Assembly (NCBI GenBank): GCA_050011015.1
Contig: JBEKJX010000002.1
Location: 1-54,534 of the forward strand
DNA: 54,534 nucleotides
Direction of reading: 5' to 3'
Origin: Smithella sp.
GTDB taxonomy: Bacteria; Desulfobacterota; Syntrophia; Syntrophales; Smithellaceae
Position 1 is the first letter of the stretch, and each line of letters starts with the position of its first letter. The position numbers were made by a program, and so were the translations under genes. Positions 47,470 to 54,534 of this stretch are shown in pieces. The notes under the pieces are model-generated. The model was not told where the DNA came from. It worked only from the letters and a program-made list of their open reading frames with translations, and made no database searches.

Positions 47470-49041
47470 ATGCGAATAGCTATTATTGCCCCGCCATATC
47501 CATTGGAGGAAATTCCTTCTCCGCCGCTGGGCGTGACTTATGTTGCCGCGGCATTCATGGCCGCCGGAGCCGAGGTAATAATACTGGATTACATCGTTTC
47601 CAGTTACACTAAAGAAAATCTTCAAAAGCAGCTGGAATCTTTTAAGCCGGACGTCGTGGGCGCCACTTCCGTAACGATGAATTTTTATGAAGCGCAGAAA
47701 ATTCTTCGTGATGTAAAAAATTACGATCCGGAAATAATCACTATAATGGGCGGGCCCCATGTGTCCTTTACCGCGACGGAAACTCTAAAGCAGTACCCGG
47801 AAATAGACATGATTGTCATAGGGGAAGGGGAGGATACCATTGCCGAACTGACTCCCGTATTAAAACAGAAGAGCAAATGGCGCGACATCCGTGGAATCGC
47901 TTACCGCCGCGGCGATGAAATTATTATCACCGGCAAAAGAGATTTTATTATGGATATTGACAGAATCCCCTCACCGGCGCGTTATTTATTGCCCATTTCG
48001 CGTTACCGGGCATTGGGATTTCCGGTCAGCCTGATTACCGGCAGGGGTTGTCCCTATTCATGCATTTTTTGTCTGGGGCGCAAAATGGTCGGCTCCAGGA
48101 TCCGTAAAAGAAACTCAAATCTGGTTTTGGACGAAATCGAAGAGATTATCGGTTATGGTTTTGAACGCATTAACATCGCCGATGATCTTTTTACCGCCGA
48201 TAAAGAACGGGTTCGCGAAATTTGCACCGGAATCAGGGAACGTTCTTTAAAGTTCCCCTGGAGCGCATTTGCCCGCGTGGATACCGTGAATCAGGAAATA
48301 TTTGATCTGATGGCCGCGGCGGGCTGCGACAGTGTCAGCTTCGGTGTGGAAACGGGCAATCCGGAGATGCTTAAGCGGATAAAAAAAGGAATAAAACTGG
48401 AACAGGTCGAGGTGGCGGTTAAAATGTGCCAGCAGGCGGGCATGATAGCCCACGAGTCTTTTATTATCGGTTTGCCGGGAGAAACAATGGAAACTTTGGA
48501 GGAATCGGATAAGTTCGCCAAGAGTACAAAAGCGATTTACGGCTACCATTATCTGGCGCCGTTTCCCGGCACGACAATATGGGAAAAAATTAAAGATTAT
48601 GACCTGGAAATCTTAACAAACAACTGGGATCAATATGACGCCAATGACGCTATTGTTAAGACTTCATCTTTGCAACCGCAGGAAATGCGGAAATTCGGCG
48701 CCCGTTACGATGCGGAAATGCAGGACGACTGGGATAAAATGTTCAAAAGATATAAGGACGGCACAGGTTCAACGGAAGATACCATGCATATTGAAGGCAC
48801 CTGGCGCATGAATCTGACCTATCAGATATTAAAAGACGGCATCATCGAAAAATGCGGCTTTATCGAACCGGCTTCATTTCAGGGAACTAAAGAAAGCGCC
48901 CTGCAGGAACTCTGCCGGAAAATAATAAACTGCACCAACGCGGATTCCCATGTCGTTATTGATACGGTCAGAGATTTCGCGGGACGCGGTTATCTTAGAG
49001 CGAATATTTCCGATAAGGGATGTGTCTGGTCCTGGGCGTGA
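47470..49041 (+). CDS. B12-binding-domain radical SAM enzyme (class B)
   Basis: N-terminal cobalamin-type Rossmann domain and CPYSCIFC. It starts 3 nt after the acyltransferase stop. Confidence 0.9.
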   Translation: MRIAIIAPPYPLEEIPSPPLGVTYVAAAFMAAGAEVIILDYIVSSYTKENLQKQLESFKPDVVGATSVTMNFYEAQKILRDVKNYDPEIITIMGGPHVSFTATETLKQYPEIDMIVIGEGEDTIAELTPVLKQKSKWRDIRGIAYRRGDEIIITGKRDFIMDIDRIPSPARYLLPISRYRALGFPVSLITGRGCPYSCIFCLGRKMVGSRIRKRNSNLVLDEIEEIIGYGFERINIADDLFTADKERVREICTGIRERSLKFPWSAFARVDTVNQEIFDLMAAAGCDSVSFGVETGNPEMLKRIKKGIKLEQVEVAVKMCQQAGMIAHESFIIGLPGETMETLEESDKFAKSTKAIYGYHYLAPFPGTTIWEKIKDYDLEILTNNWDQYDANDAIVKTSSLQPQEMRKFGARYDAEMQDDWDKMFKRYKDGTGSTEDTMHIEGTWRMNLTYQILKDGIIEKCGFIEPASFQGTKESALQELCRKIINCTNADSHVVIDTVRDFAGRGYLRANISDKGCVWSWA

Positions 49042-49179
49042 TGGCACCGGTTTAAACTATAAGCGCTATCTTTGTTGGCTGCGTCGTCGGCTTCCTCGAC
49101 GTATGTTCATATACGCCTCCGGGGCCTCCTCCTTGCCGCCTCGATATCATCTTAAATTTTAAATCTGATGGATACTATT

Positions 49180-49794
49180 TTATTTTCTAAGCAAAATTCC
49201 CAGTGACTCACACATGGGCTTTTCTATGTATAGTCCTGATTCTACAGCCTTCTGATAAACAAGATAAGGCGCCTGCCCGCCCTTTGCCGGATCGGAAAAA
49301 ATATCGTGGAATAAAAGATAACCGCCCGGAATCAGATTTTTCGCCCAGATATTATAGTCGTTCAATACTGATTCGTAAGCGTGACTGCCGTCAATAAAAA
49401 TCAAGCTGAGAGGCGTTTTCCATACGCTTCCTATTATTGCCGAACGGCCGATAACAGGAATTACCGCATCTTCCAGATCAAAATCGGTTATTGTTTTCCG
49501 GAAATGTTTTAAGGTATCCACTCGTCCTGTTTCTTTATCAAATAAGTCGGGATCAAAATAAGCCTCTCCCGGTTGCTGTTCTTCTGAACCGGTGTGATGA
49601 TCGATAGAAAAAAGAACCGTGGAGTTTTCTTTACAGGCCGTGCCAAGATAAACGGAGGATTTGCCGCAGTAACTGCCGATTTCCAGGCAGGGGCCATTTT
49701 TGCCGGCTTTTAAGGCCAGTTTATAAAGACAATCCGCCTCACGTTCATCTAAAAAACCTTTTATTTTATCAATTTTTTCTTTGTTTATTTTCAT
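49180..49794 (-). CDS. Class I SAM-dependent methyltransferase (Methyltransf_24/TylF-like)
   Basis: LEIGSYCGKS motif I and the IFIDGSH motif. Confidence 0.75.
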   Translation of the reverse strand: MKINKEKIDKIKGFLDEREADCLYKLALKAGKNGPCLEIGSYCGKSSVYLGTACKENSTVLFSIDHHTGSEEQQPGEAYFDPDLFDKETGRVDTLKHFRKTITDFDLEDAVIPVIGRSAIIGSVWKTPLSLIFIDGSHAYESVLNDYNIWAKNLIPGGYLLFHDIFSDPAKGGQAPYLVYQKAVESGLYIEKPMCESLGILLRK

Positions 49795-49808
49795 GAAAAA
49801 ATCCCTTC

Positions 49809-49849
49809 AAAAAAACGGCAATTGATTTTGAAAAACAATTGCCGTTTTT
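49809..49849 (-). terminator. Bidirectional rho-independent terminator (9-bp stem CGGCAATTG/CAATTGCCG flanked by A7 and T5)
   Basis: Perfect stem. On the minus strand it is followed by TTTTTTT, directly after the TPR gene. Confidence 0.75.
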
Positions 49850-49879
49850 AAAAAAATCTTCTTTGTGCTTATCTCGCGG

Positions 49880-51346
49880 CTACATAAATTCTTTATATAT
49901 TTTCCACGCGCCGTCTATTTTCTTCAGTTCCAATGTCTTTTTACCTTTATCTTTTAATGTGGCGGATTTATAATCTTGAGTAAATACGGCCTTGGCGGTA
50001 TTTACATCCGCTGAAATTTGCAGATTATCAATACTGATTTTTATATTTTTACTATTTTTGTACACATTGGCTTTATGGGATATCCAGGCATCCAAATCCA
50101 TTTCTTTTGATTGGAAGTCTGACGCGTAACAATCGCGGTAGGTTTTCATATCACCTGATTTCCAGCTTTTCAGCCATTTAGTTATCAGATTCCGCACCTC
50201 TTGTTCGTTGTTTGCCTGGGCTGAATCCGTGCCGGCGGCAGACGCGGCAACTTCTGCCGAAGCAGCAGCAGGAGCTGTCGCGGCAGCAGCGACAACAGGC
50301 GCGGCAGCATCGGCAACTTCTGCTGAAGCCGCAACAGGAGCAGCAGCAACAGCAACGGGAGCAGCGGCAGGTGCAGCAGCAACAGGAGCTGCTGCATCAG
50401 AAACAGGCGCCGCAGCGGCGGGCGCTGCCATTTTCTTGACAATTTTCCCTTCAAATAATTGCAGGATTTCATCCCGGACATTTCCTGTGTCGGATTCTTT
50501 CTTTGCGGGGAAATATTTAATAAAATCTTCATAAGCTTCCTTACTGGGACTTTGGCTTACAGCCGTCGCGTAATCCGCTAAAGATTTCCCGTATTGTTCC
50601 ATGCCGTAATAAGCAAGGCCCCTGTTGTACAAAGCTAAATTGTCATTAGGATTTTTTTCTAAAGCCTTGTTGTAATCGGCGATAGCTTTCTGAAGATCGC
50701 CTTGAAGTTGATAGATATACCCTCTGTTGGAATAGAATCCGCCAAATTCAGGTTTTATTTCTATAGCTTTCTTGTAATCGGCAAGAGCCTGCAGAAAATC
50801 GCCCTGGGTTTGATAGACATTTCCGCGGTTGGAATAAGCTCCGGCAAAGCGGGGATTTATTTCTATAGCTTTATTGTAATCGGCGATAGCTTTCTGAAGA
50901 TTGCCCTGAGTTTGATAGACATTCCCGCGGTTGCAATAGGCTGCCGCGTATTTGGGATTAGTCTCAATGGCCTTGCTAAAGCTAACGATGGCTTGAGCGA
51001 GATTGCCTTGTTTTTCATAGGCATTTCCTCGGTTATAATAAGCTTCTGTAAATTTGGGGTTAATCTCGACAGCTTTATCATAGTCAGCGATGGCCTGAGA
51101 GATGTCGCCTTGTTTCCCATAGGCATTTCCACGGCTGTAATAGGCTTTTGCATGCTTGGAATATACTCTGATCGCGTTGGTATAATCAGAGATAGCCTGG
51201 GCGAGATTGCCTTGTTTTTCAAAAGAGGCGCCGCGGGTGTAATATTCTTCTGCCGTCCCCGCGGGAATATCGGGAGCCATTTCAGCAAAAATTGATGGCG
51301 CGAACAATAGAAAGACCAGCGCTAAGGCAAATAATAATTTTTTCAT
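49880..51346 (-). CDS. Secreted TPR-repeat protein with an Ala/Pro/Val-rich linker and a C-terminal NTF2/SnoaL-like domain
   Basis: Sec signal MKKLLFALALVFLLFAPSIFA (ATG 51346 preferred). About 7 TPR units (AYYNRGNAY.KQG). The C-terminal fold call is inference. Confidence 0.8.
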   Translation of the reverse strand: MKKLLFALALVFLLFAPSIFAEMAPDIPAGTAEEYYTRGASFEKQGNLAQAISDYTNAIRVYSKHAKAYYSRGNAYGKQGDISQAIADYDKAVEINPKFTEAYYNRGNAYEKQGNLAQAIVSFSKAIETNPKYAAAYCNRGNVYQTQGNLQKAIADYNKAIEINPRFAGAYSNRGNVYQTQGDFLQALADYKKAIEIKPEFGGFYSNRGYIYQLQGDLQKAIADYNKALEKNPNDNLALYNRGLAYYGMEQYGKSLADYATAVSQSPSKEAYEDFIKYFPAKKESDTGNVRDEILQLFEGKIVKKMAAPAAAAPVSDAAAPVAAAPAAAPVAVAAAPVAASAEVADAAAPVVAAAATAPAAASAEVAASAAGTDSAQANNEQEVRNLITKWLKSWKSGDMKTYRDCYASDFQSKEMDLDAWISHKANVYKNSKNIKISIDNLQISADVNTAKAVFTQDYKSATLKDKGKKTLELKKIDGAWKIYKEFM

Positions 51347-51644
51347 AATTATTTCCATCCTTTATATTTTATTGAAATTCTTCGAGAAAGTTAAAATTAA
51401 ACAAAAAATACCGGCATTGTCAAGTTATTTAAGCCACATTCGTTTTTGCGATTACCCAATGCGGGAGAATTTTTTGATTAAATCATGCGCGAAATAAAAA
51501 TAACTCCTCAACATCCTGTCATTTGAACATCATCATGTAAAGTCTGTGAAATTTGTCTCCTGCCTGACAGGGCAGCGTAAAGTCAAAAAAATAATATTGG
51601 ATGCCGGCATGTATGGAGAAATCTTAATTTTTAAATCGGATGCA

Positions 51645-51677
51645 TAAAAAGGGAAGCCGTCCAGAGGACGGCTTCCC
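51645..51677 (-). terminator. Rho-independent terminator (12-bp stem GGGAAGCCGTCC/GGACGGCTTCCC)
   Basis: Perfect stem, followed on the minus strand by TTTTTA. It lies 27 nt after the Ig-repeat gene stop. Confidence 0.8.
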
Positions 51678-51703
51678 TGAAGTTACAATGTCAAGCAGAT
51701 TTC

Positions 51704-54499
51704 TTATGGCGCTGCCACGGTGATGTCGACACTACCTGCCATGCTTATGCCATTGTAGGTGGCAGTAGCGCTGACAGAATCCGAGGCCGGTCCGGTTCCT
51801 GCCTGATAATCAGCCGTGGCCACTCCATTGCCTTGCGTCAAGCCGCCGTTAAGGGCGGTTACAGACGATGTTCCGGTACCATTTACTGTTACCGTGAATG
51901 TTACGGGCACATTTTCTATTATTCCGCCAGCTCCATCATGAACAGTTGCTGATAGGGTACTTGTCCCATCTGATGCCACAGAAGTTGAAGAAGCTGTTAA
52001 GGTCAGGTAAGGGAACGTTCCTTCCCAGTAAACGATACTGGCCGCGTCACCGCCGTTGGTTGTTCCTTCAATCTGTGCTCGGATAATAGTATCACTCATG
52101 CCGATATCCGGTCTTGTAAAGAGAACATAAGCCTGGCCATTATTATCGGTATTAACCGTCAGAGGAGTATCTCCAAAATACGCTACGTTATTATTGGCGT
52201 CCATGATACTCCCGTCTCCGGCGATAATGGAGAAAATTACGGGTGTGCTCGCAACCTTTGTTGATAAATCATTTGTAGTGACTGTTGCCAGCAATTCGGT
52301 ATCTGTATACGGCGCTGCAAGTGGCTTATCCCAAGTTGTTACAATAGGTGTTTGCACGAAAGATATAATTCTGTTTCCCGTGCCCACCTCGGGCAGAACA
52401 GAGATGATCGCCGCGTCTGCCGCGCCGCTGCTCAAATATGCCTGAACAGCATCCTCAAGATTAACAGAAGTATTATTAGTTCCCGCTGTGTAAACTGCCA
52501 CGGCCTCACCGGAGGCGTCGGTTGTTGTATTAACATTGATTAAGGTTGCTCCGCTGTTATCTGTCACTAATGCGAAGTTTACTGTCTGACCGGATACTTT
52601 ATTCCCGTTTTGATCATAAACCTGAGCGATAAGAACACTCATGGCTCCGGCAGCCAGAGAAACCGGCGTTGGCGTGAGTGTTATATTATAGCCGGAAGCG
52701 CTGCTGCCGGCCGTTCTGGTAATGACAGCAGCGGCCACGGCGCTGTATGTGCCGTCGCTGGCTGTCGCACTGATGGTATCCTGCAAAGTGGATGCGGACG
52801 AAGCCGTCCCTGCCGCATATTGCGCTACAGCTCTTCCGGCCGCGTCGGTTGTTGCGGTAATTGTTGTTCCGGTAACGATTGTTCCGGTAACGGTTGACAG
52901 GGTTGCGGCGCTGTTATTGGTAACTAAAGTGAAGGTGACCGTCAATCCGCTGATGGGATTACCCGAACCGTTCGTAACTGCCGCGGTAAGAACGCTTTGA
53001 CCTCCTGCCGCCAGAGAAGTCACGCTGGGCGTTAAGGTCATCTTATATCCTGACGCTACAGCAGTCGAACTTGATGTCCCTGTTCTGGTAATTACCACAA
53101 CGCCTGTTGTACTATAAGATCCGCTGGAGACAGAGGCCTGCAGGGTATCCTGGACGTTTGCAGAGGGGTTTGCCGACCCTGCCGTGTAAACCGCGCTGGC
53201 AATGCCGCTGGCATCGGTGGTTCCGCTATTGAGAGTCTGCAGACCCATTGTGCTGTTATCTATGAATTTTGTGAATGATACAGTCAGCCCTTGAATTGGA
53301 TTGTCCGAGGCGTCCGTCACCGTTGCCGTGACGATACTGATTTGCCCTTGATTCAGAGAGAGCGGAGACGCGTTTAAAGTCATCTTTACTCCACCGGAGG
53401 CTGTTCCTGTTATGGAGATGACCACAGCTCCCGTAGCGCTATAGGAACCATTGGTGACAGTAGCCTGTACGGTGTCCTGTACATTGCCGGATGAGCCTGT
53501 TCCTGCCGTGTAAACAGCGATAGCAATGCCGCTGGCATCGGTTGTTCCGCCGTTGAGAGTTTGCAGACCCATTATGCTGTTATTTATGAGTTTTGAGAAT
53601 GTTACGGTCAATCCTTGAGCGGGATTTCCCGATCCATCCGTGACCGTTGCTGTGATAACGCTGCTCTGACCTGCTTTCAGGGATGAAGCAGCAGATGTCA
53701 CAGTCATCTTATATCCAGACGTCACGCTGGACGAACTTGTCGTTCCCGCTCTGGAGATAATAACAACTCCATAAGAAGCGCCGCCGGATATTTCCGCTTC
53801 AATAGTATCCTGAATATACGAAGTCGGGTTTGTTGTTCCCGCCGTGTAAACCGCGATGGCCTTGCCGCTGCCATCAGTGGTTCCGCTGTTGAGAGTTTGC
53901 AGACCCATTGTGCTGTTGTCTTTAAGTTTAGTGAATGTTACGGTCTGTCCCTGGATGGGAGAGCCTGAGCTGTTCGTTACTGTTGCCGTGATGACACTGC
54001 TTTGTCCCGCGCTCAGAGATGTAACGCTTGCGGATATGGTCAGCGTATTAGAAGTGGTTGCCGTTCTGGTAATAATAAGAGCTGCTGATGCTGCTCCTTC
54101 ACAGCTTGCCTGAACGGTGTCCTCGATGCTCAAAGTTGGAGTAGTCGTACCGGCCGTGTAGATCGCTATGGCCTGACCGCTGGCATCGGTGGTTCCGCTG
54201 TTCAGAGTGACCAGGCTTGCACCGCTATTGTTTGTCACAAACGAGAAACTTACAGTTTGACCGCTGACGGCAACGCCCGAACTATCGATGACTTTAGCTG
54301 TAAGGATACTGCTTTGCCCTGCAGACAACGACGTTGGCGATCCGGAAAATGAAGAGATGGTAATACTGGTTGTCGTAGTAGTATTCGAGGCCGTTCCCGT
54401 GCTTGCGCCATTGCCGCAGGCGATAATACATGTCATCAATGTAAGAGAAATAAGCAGCCCCAACAGTCGAAATAATTTTGCATTCGTTGATTTTATCAT
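51704..54499 (-). CDS. Large lipoprotein built from about 8 tandem bacterial Ig-like (Big_1/invasin-type) domains plus a distinct C-terminal region
   Basis: Lipobox IIAC. Recurring module ..LSAGQSSVITATVT..SG.P..GQTVTF......G.....SGTTDASG.A.AVYTAG... SD AAGGAG. Confidence 0.8.
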   Translation of the reverse strand: MIKSTNAKLFRLLGLLISLTLMTCIIACGNGASTGTASNTTTTTSITISSFSGSPTSLSAGQSSILTAKVIDSSGVAVSGQTVSFSFVTNNSGASLVTLNSGTTDASGQAIAIYTAGTTTPTLSIEDTVQASCEGAASAALIITRTATTSNTLTISASVTSLSAGQSSVITATVTNSSGSPIQGQTVTFTKLKDNSTMGLQTLNSGTTDGSGKAIAVYTAGTTNPTSYIQDTIEAEISGGASYGVVIISRAGTTSSSSVTSGYKMTVTSAASSLKAGQSSVITATVTDGSGNPAQGLTVTFSKLINNSIMGLQTLNGGTTDASGIAIAVYTAGTGSSGNVQDTVQATVTNGSYSATGAVVISITGTASGGVKMTLNASPLSLNQGQISIVTATVTDASDNPIQGLTVSFTKFIDNSTMGLQTLNSGTTDASGIASAVYTAGSANPSANVQDTLQASVSSGSYSTTGVVVITRTGTSSSTAVASGYKMTLTPSVTSLAAGGQSVLTAAVTNGSGNPISGLTVTFTLVTNNSAATLSTVTGTIVTGTTITATTDAAGRAVAQYAAGTASSASTLQDTISATASDGTYSAVAAAVITRTAGSSASGYNITLTPTPVSLAAGAMSVLIAQVYDQNGNKVSGQTVNFALVTDNSGATLINVNTTTDASGEAVAVYTAGTNNTSVNLEDAVQAYLSSGAADAAIISVLPEVGTGNRIISFVQTPIVTTWDKPLAAPYTDTELLATVTTNDLSTKVASTPVIFSIIAGDGSIMDANNNVAYFGDTPLTVNTDNNGQAYVLFTRPDIGMSDTIIRAQIEGTTNGGDAASIVYWEGTFPYLTLTASSTSVASDGTSTLSATVHDGAGGIIENVPVTFTVTVNGTGTSSVTALNGGLTQGNGVATADYQAGTGPASDSVSATATYNGISMAGSVDITVAAP

Positions 54500-54534
54500 G
54501 TTGCTCTCCTTTTAAGAGTACAGATAATATTTTT

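Noticed and set aside
50185-51295. ORFs 50185-50532, 50208-50534, 50212-50439, 50702-51295 and 50863-51288.
   Set aside because: They are artefacts of the (GCN)n linker and the periodic TPR coding sequence. The real gene is 49880-51346 on the minus strand.
22767-54499. Tandem DNA periodicity at 23784-24875 and 51900-54400, considered as possible CRISPR or satellite arrays.
   Set aside because: The periods of 273-300 nt lie inside long intact ORFs and correspond to protein domain repeats. There is no short repeat/spacer structure.
1-54534. Search for defence systems, toxin-antitoxin pairs, prophage or integrase genes, tRNA/rRNA genes and riboswitches.
   Set aside because: I recognised no nuclease, methylase, Cas, integrase or phage structural signatures, and no tRNA-like T-arm motifs or riboswitch cores by eye. 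A covariance-model scan (Infernal/Rfam, tRNAscan-SE) would be needed to exclude small RNAs.

Overview
The window reads as ordinary chromosomal DNA from a bacterium whose gene content looks anaerobic. A Desulfobacterota/'delta'-type lineage is my guess from gene content only. I support about 47 protein-coding genes. I found no rRNA, tRNA, CRISPR array, prophage or recognisable defence system.

Gene blocks, left to right:
- 1-2267: 3' part of an AsmA/YhdP-like envelope protein.
- 2511-10749: nine-gene V/A-type ATPase operon, plus an appended unknown gene (10825-11280).
- 11369-13866: HD-GYP c-di-GMP phosphodiesterase and an APC amino-acid permease.
- 14103-21001, minus strand: complete Bat-type operon, moxR-DUF58-DUF4381-batA-batB-batC-batD.
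- 21245-22259: half-size TSUP/TauE transporter and a stand-alone biotinyl carrier.
- 22410-25529: decayed-looking islet holding a frameshifted HhH gene, a repeat-rich DUF1566 lipoprotein and an IS5-type transposase stub.
- 25508-29668: orphan B12-radical-SAM enzyme, cation/proton antiporter and a cyclase/formamidase-like protein.
- 29764-34815: 1683-aa Ser/Thr kinase-STAND ATPase-GAF-GGDEF protein.
- 35160-36150: cold-shock protein followed by three tiny basic ORFs.
- 36438-40721: Rrf2 regulator, cydAB and ferritin.
- 41183-42894: RlpA-like lipoprotein, a membrane protein and a PaaI thioesterase.
- 43008-49794: tightly packed cassette of PHP phosphoesterase, GT4, methyltransferase, alpha/alpha-toroid protein, LbH acyltransferase and B12-rSAM, plus a convergent methyltransferase.
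- 49880-54499: secreted TPR protein and a large Ig-like-repeat lipoprotein.

The best candidates for something undescribed are the 43.0-49.8 kb tailoring cassette and the compositionally mosaic kinase-GGDEF gene. Several non-coding signals are also worth checking:
- a 29-nt box shared by the Rrf2 gene and the cydA upstream region;
- two near-identical promoter modules, at ferritin and rlpA;
- twin 12-bp palindromes upstream of the TSUP gene;
- a dispersed short repeat family.

None of these is proven. All functional calls rest on motif recognition by eye.
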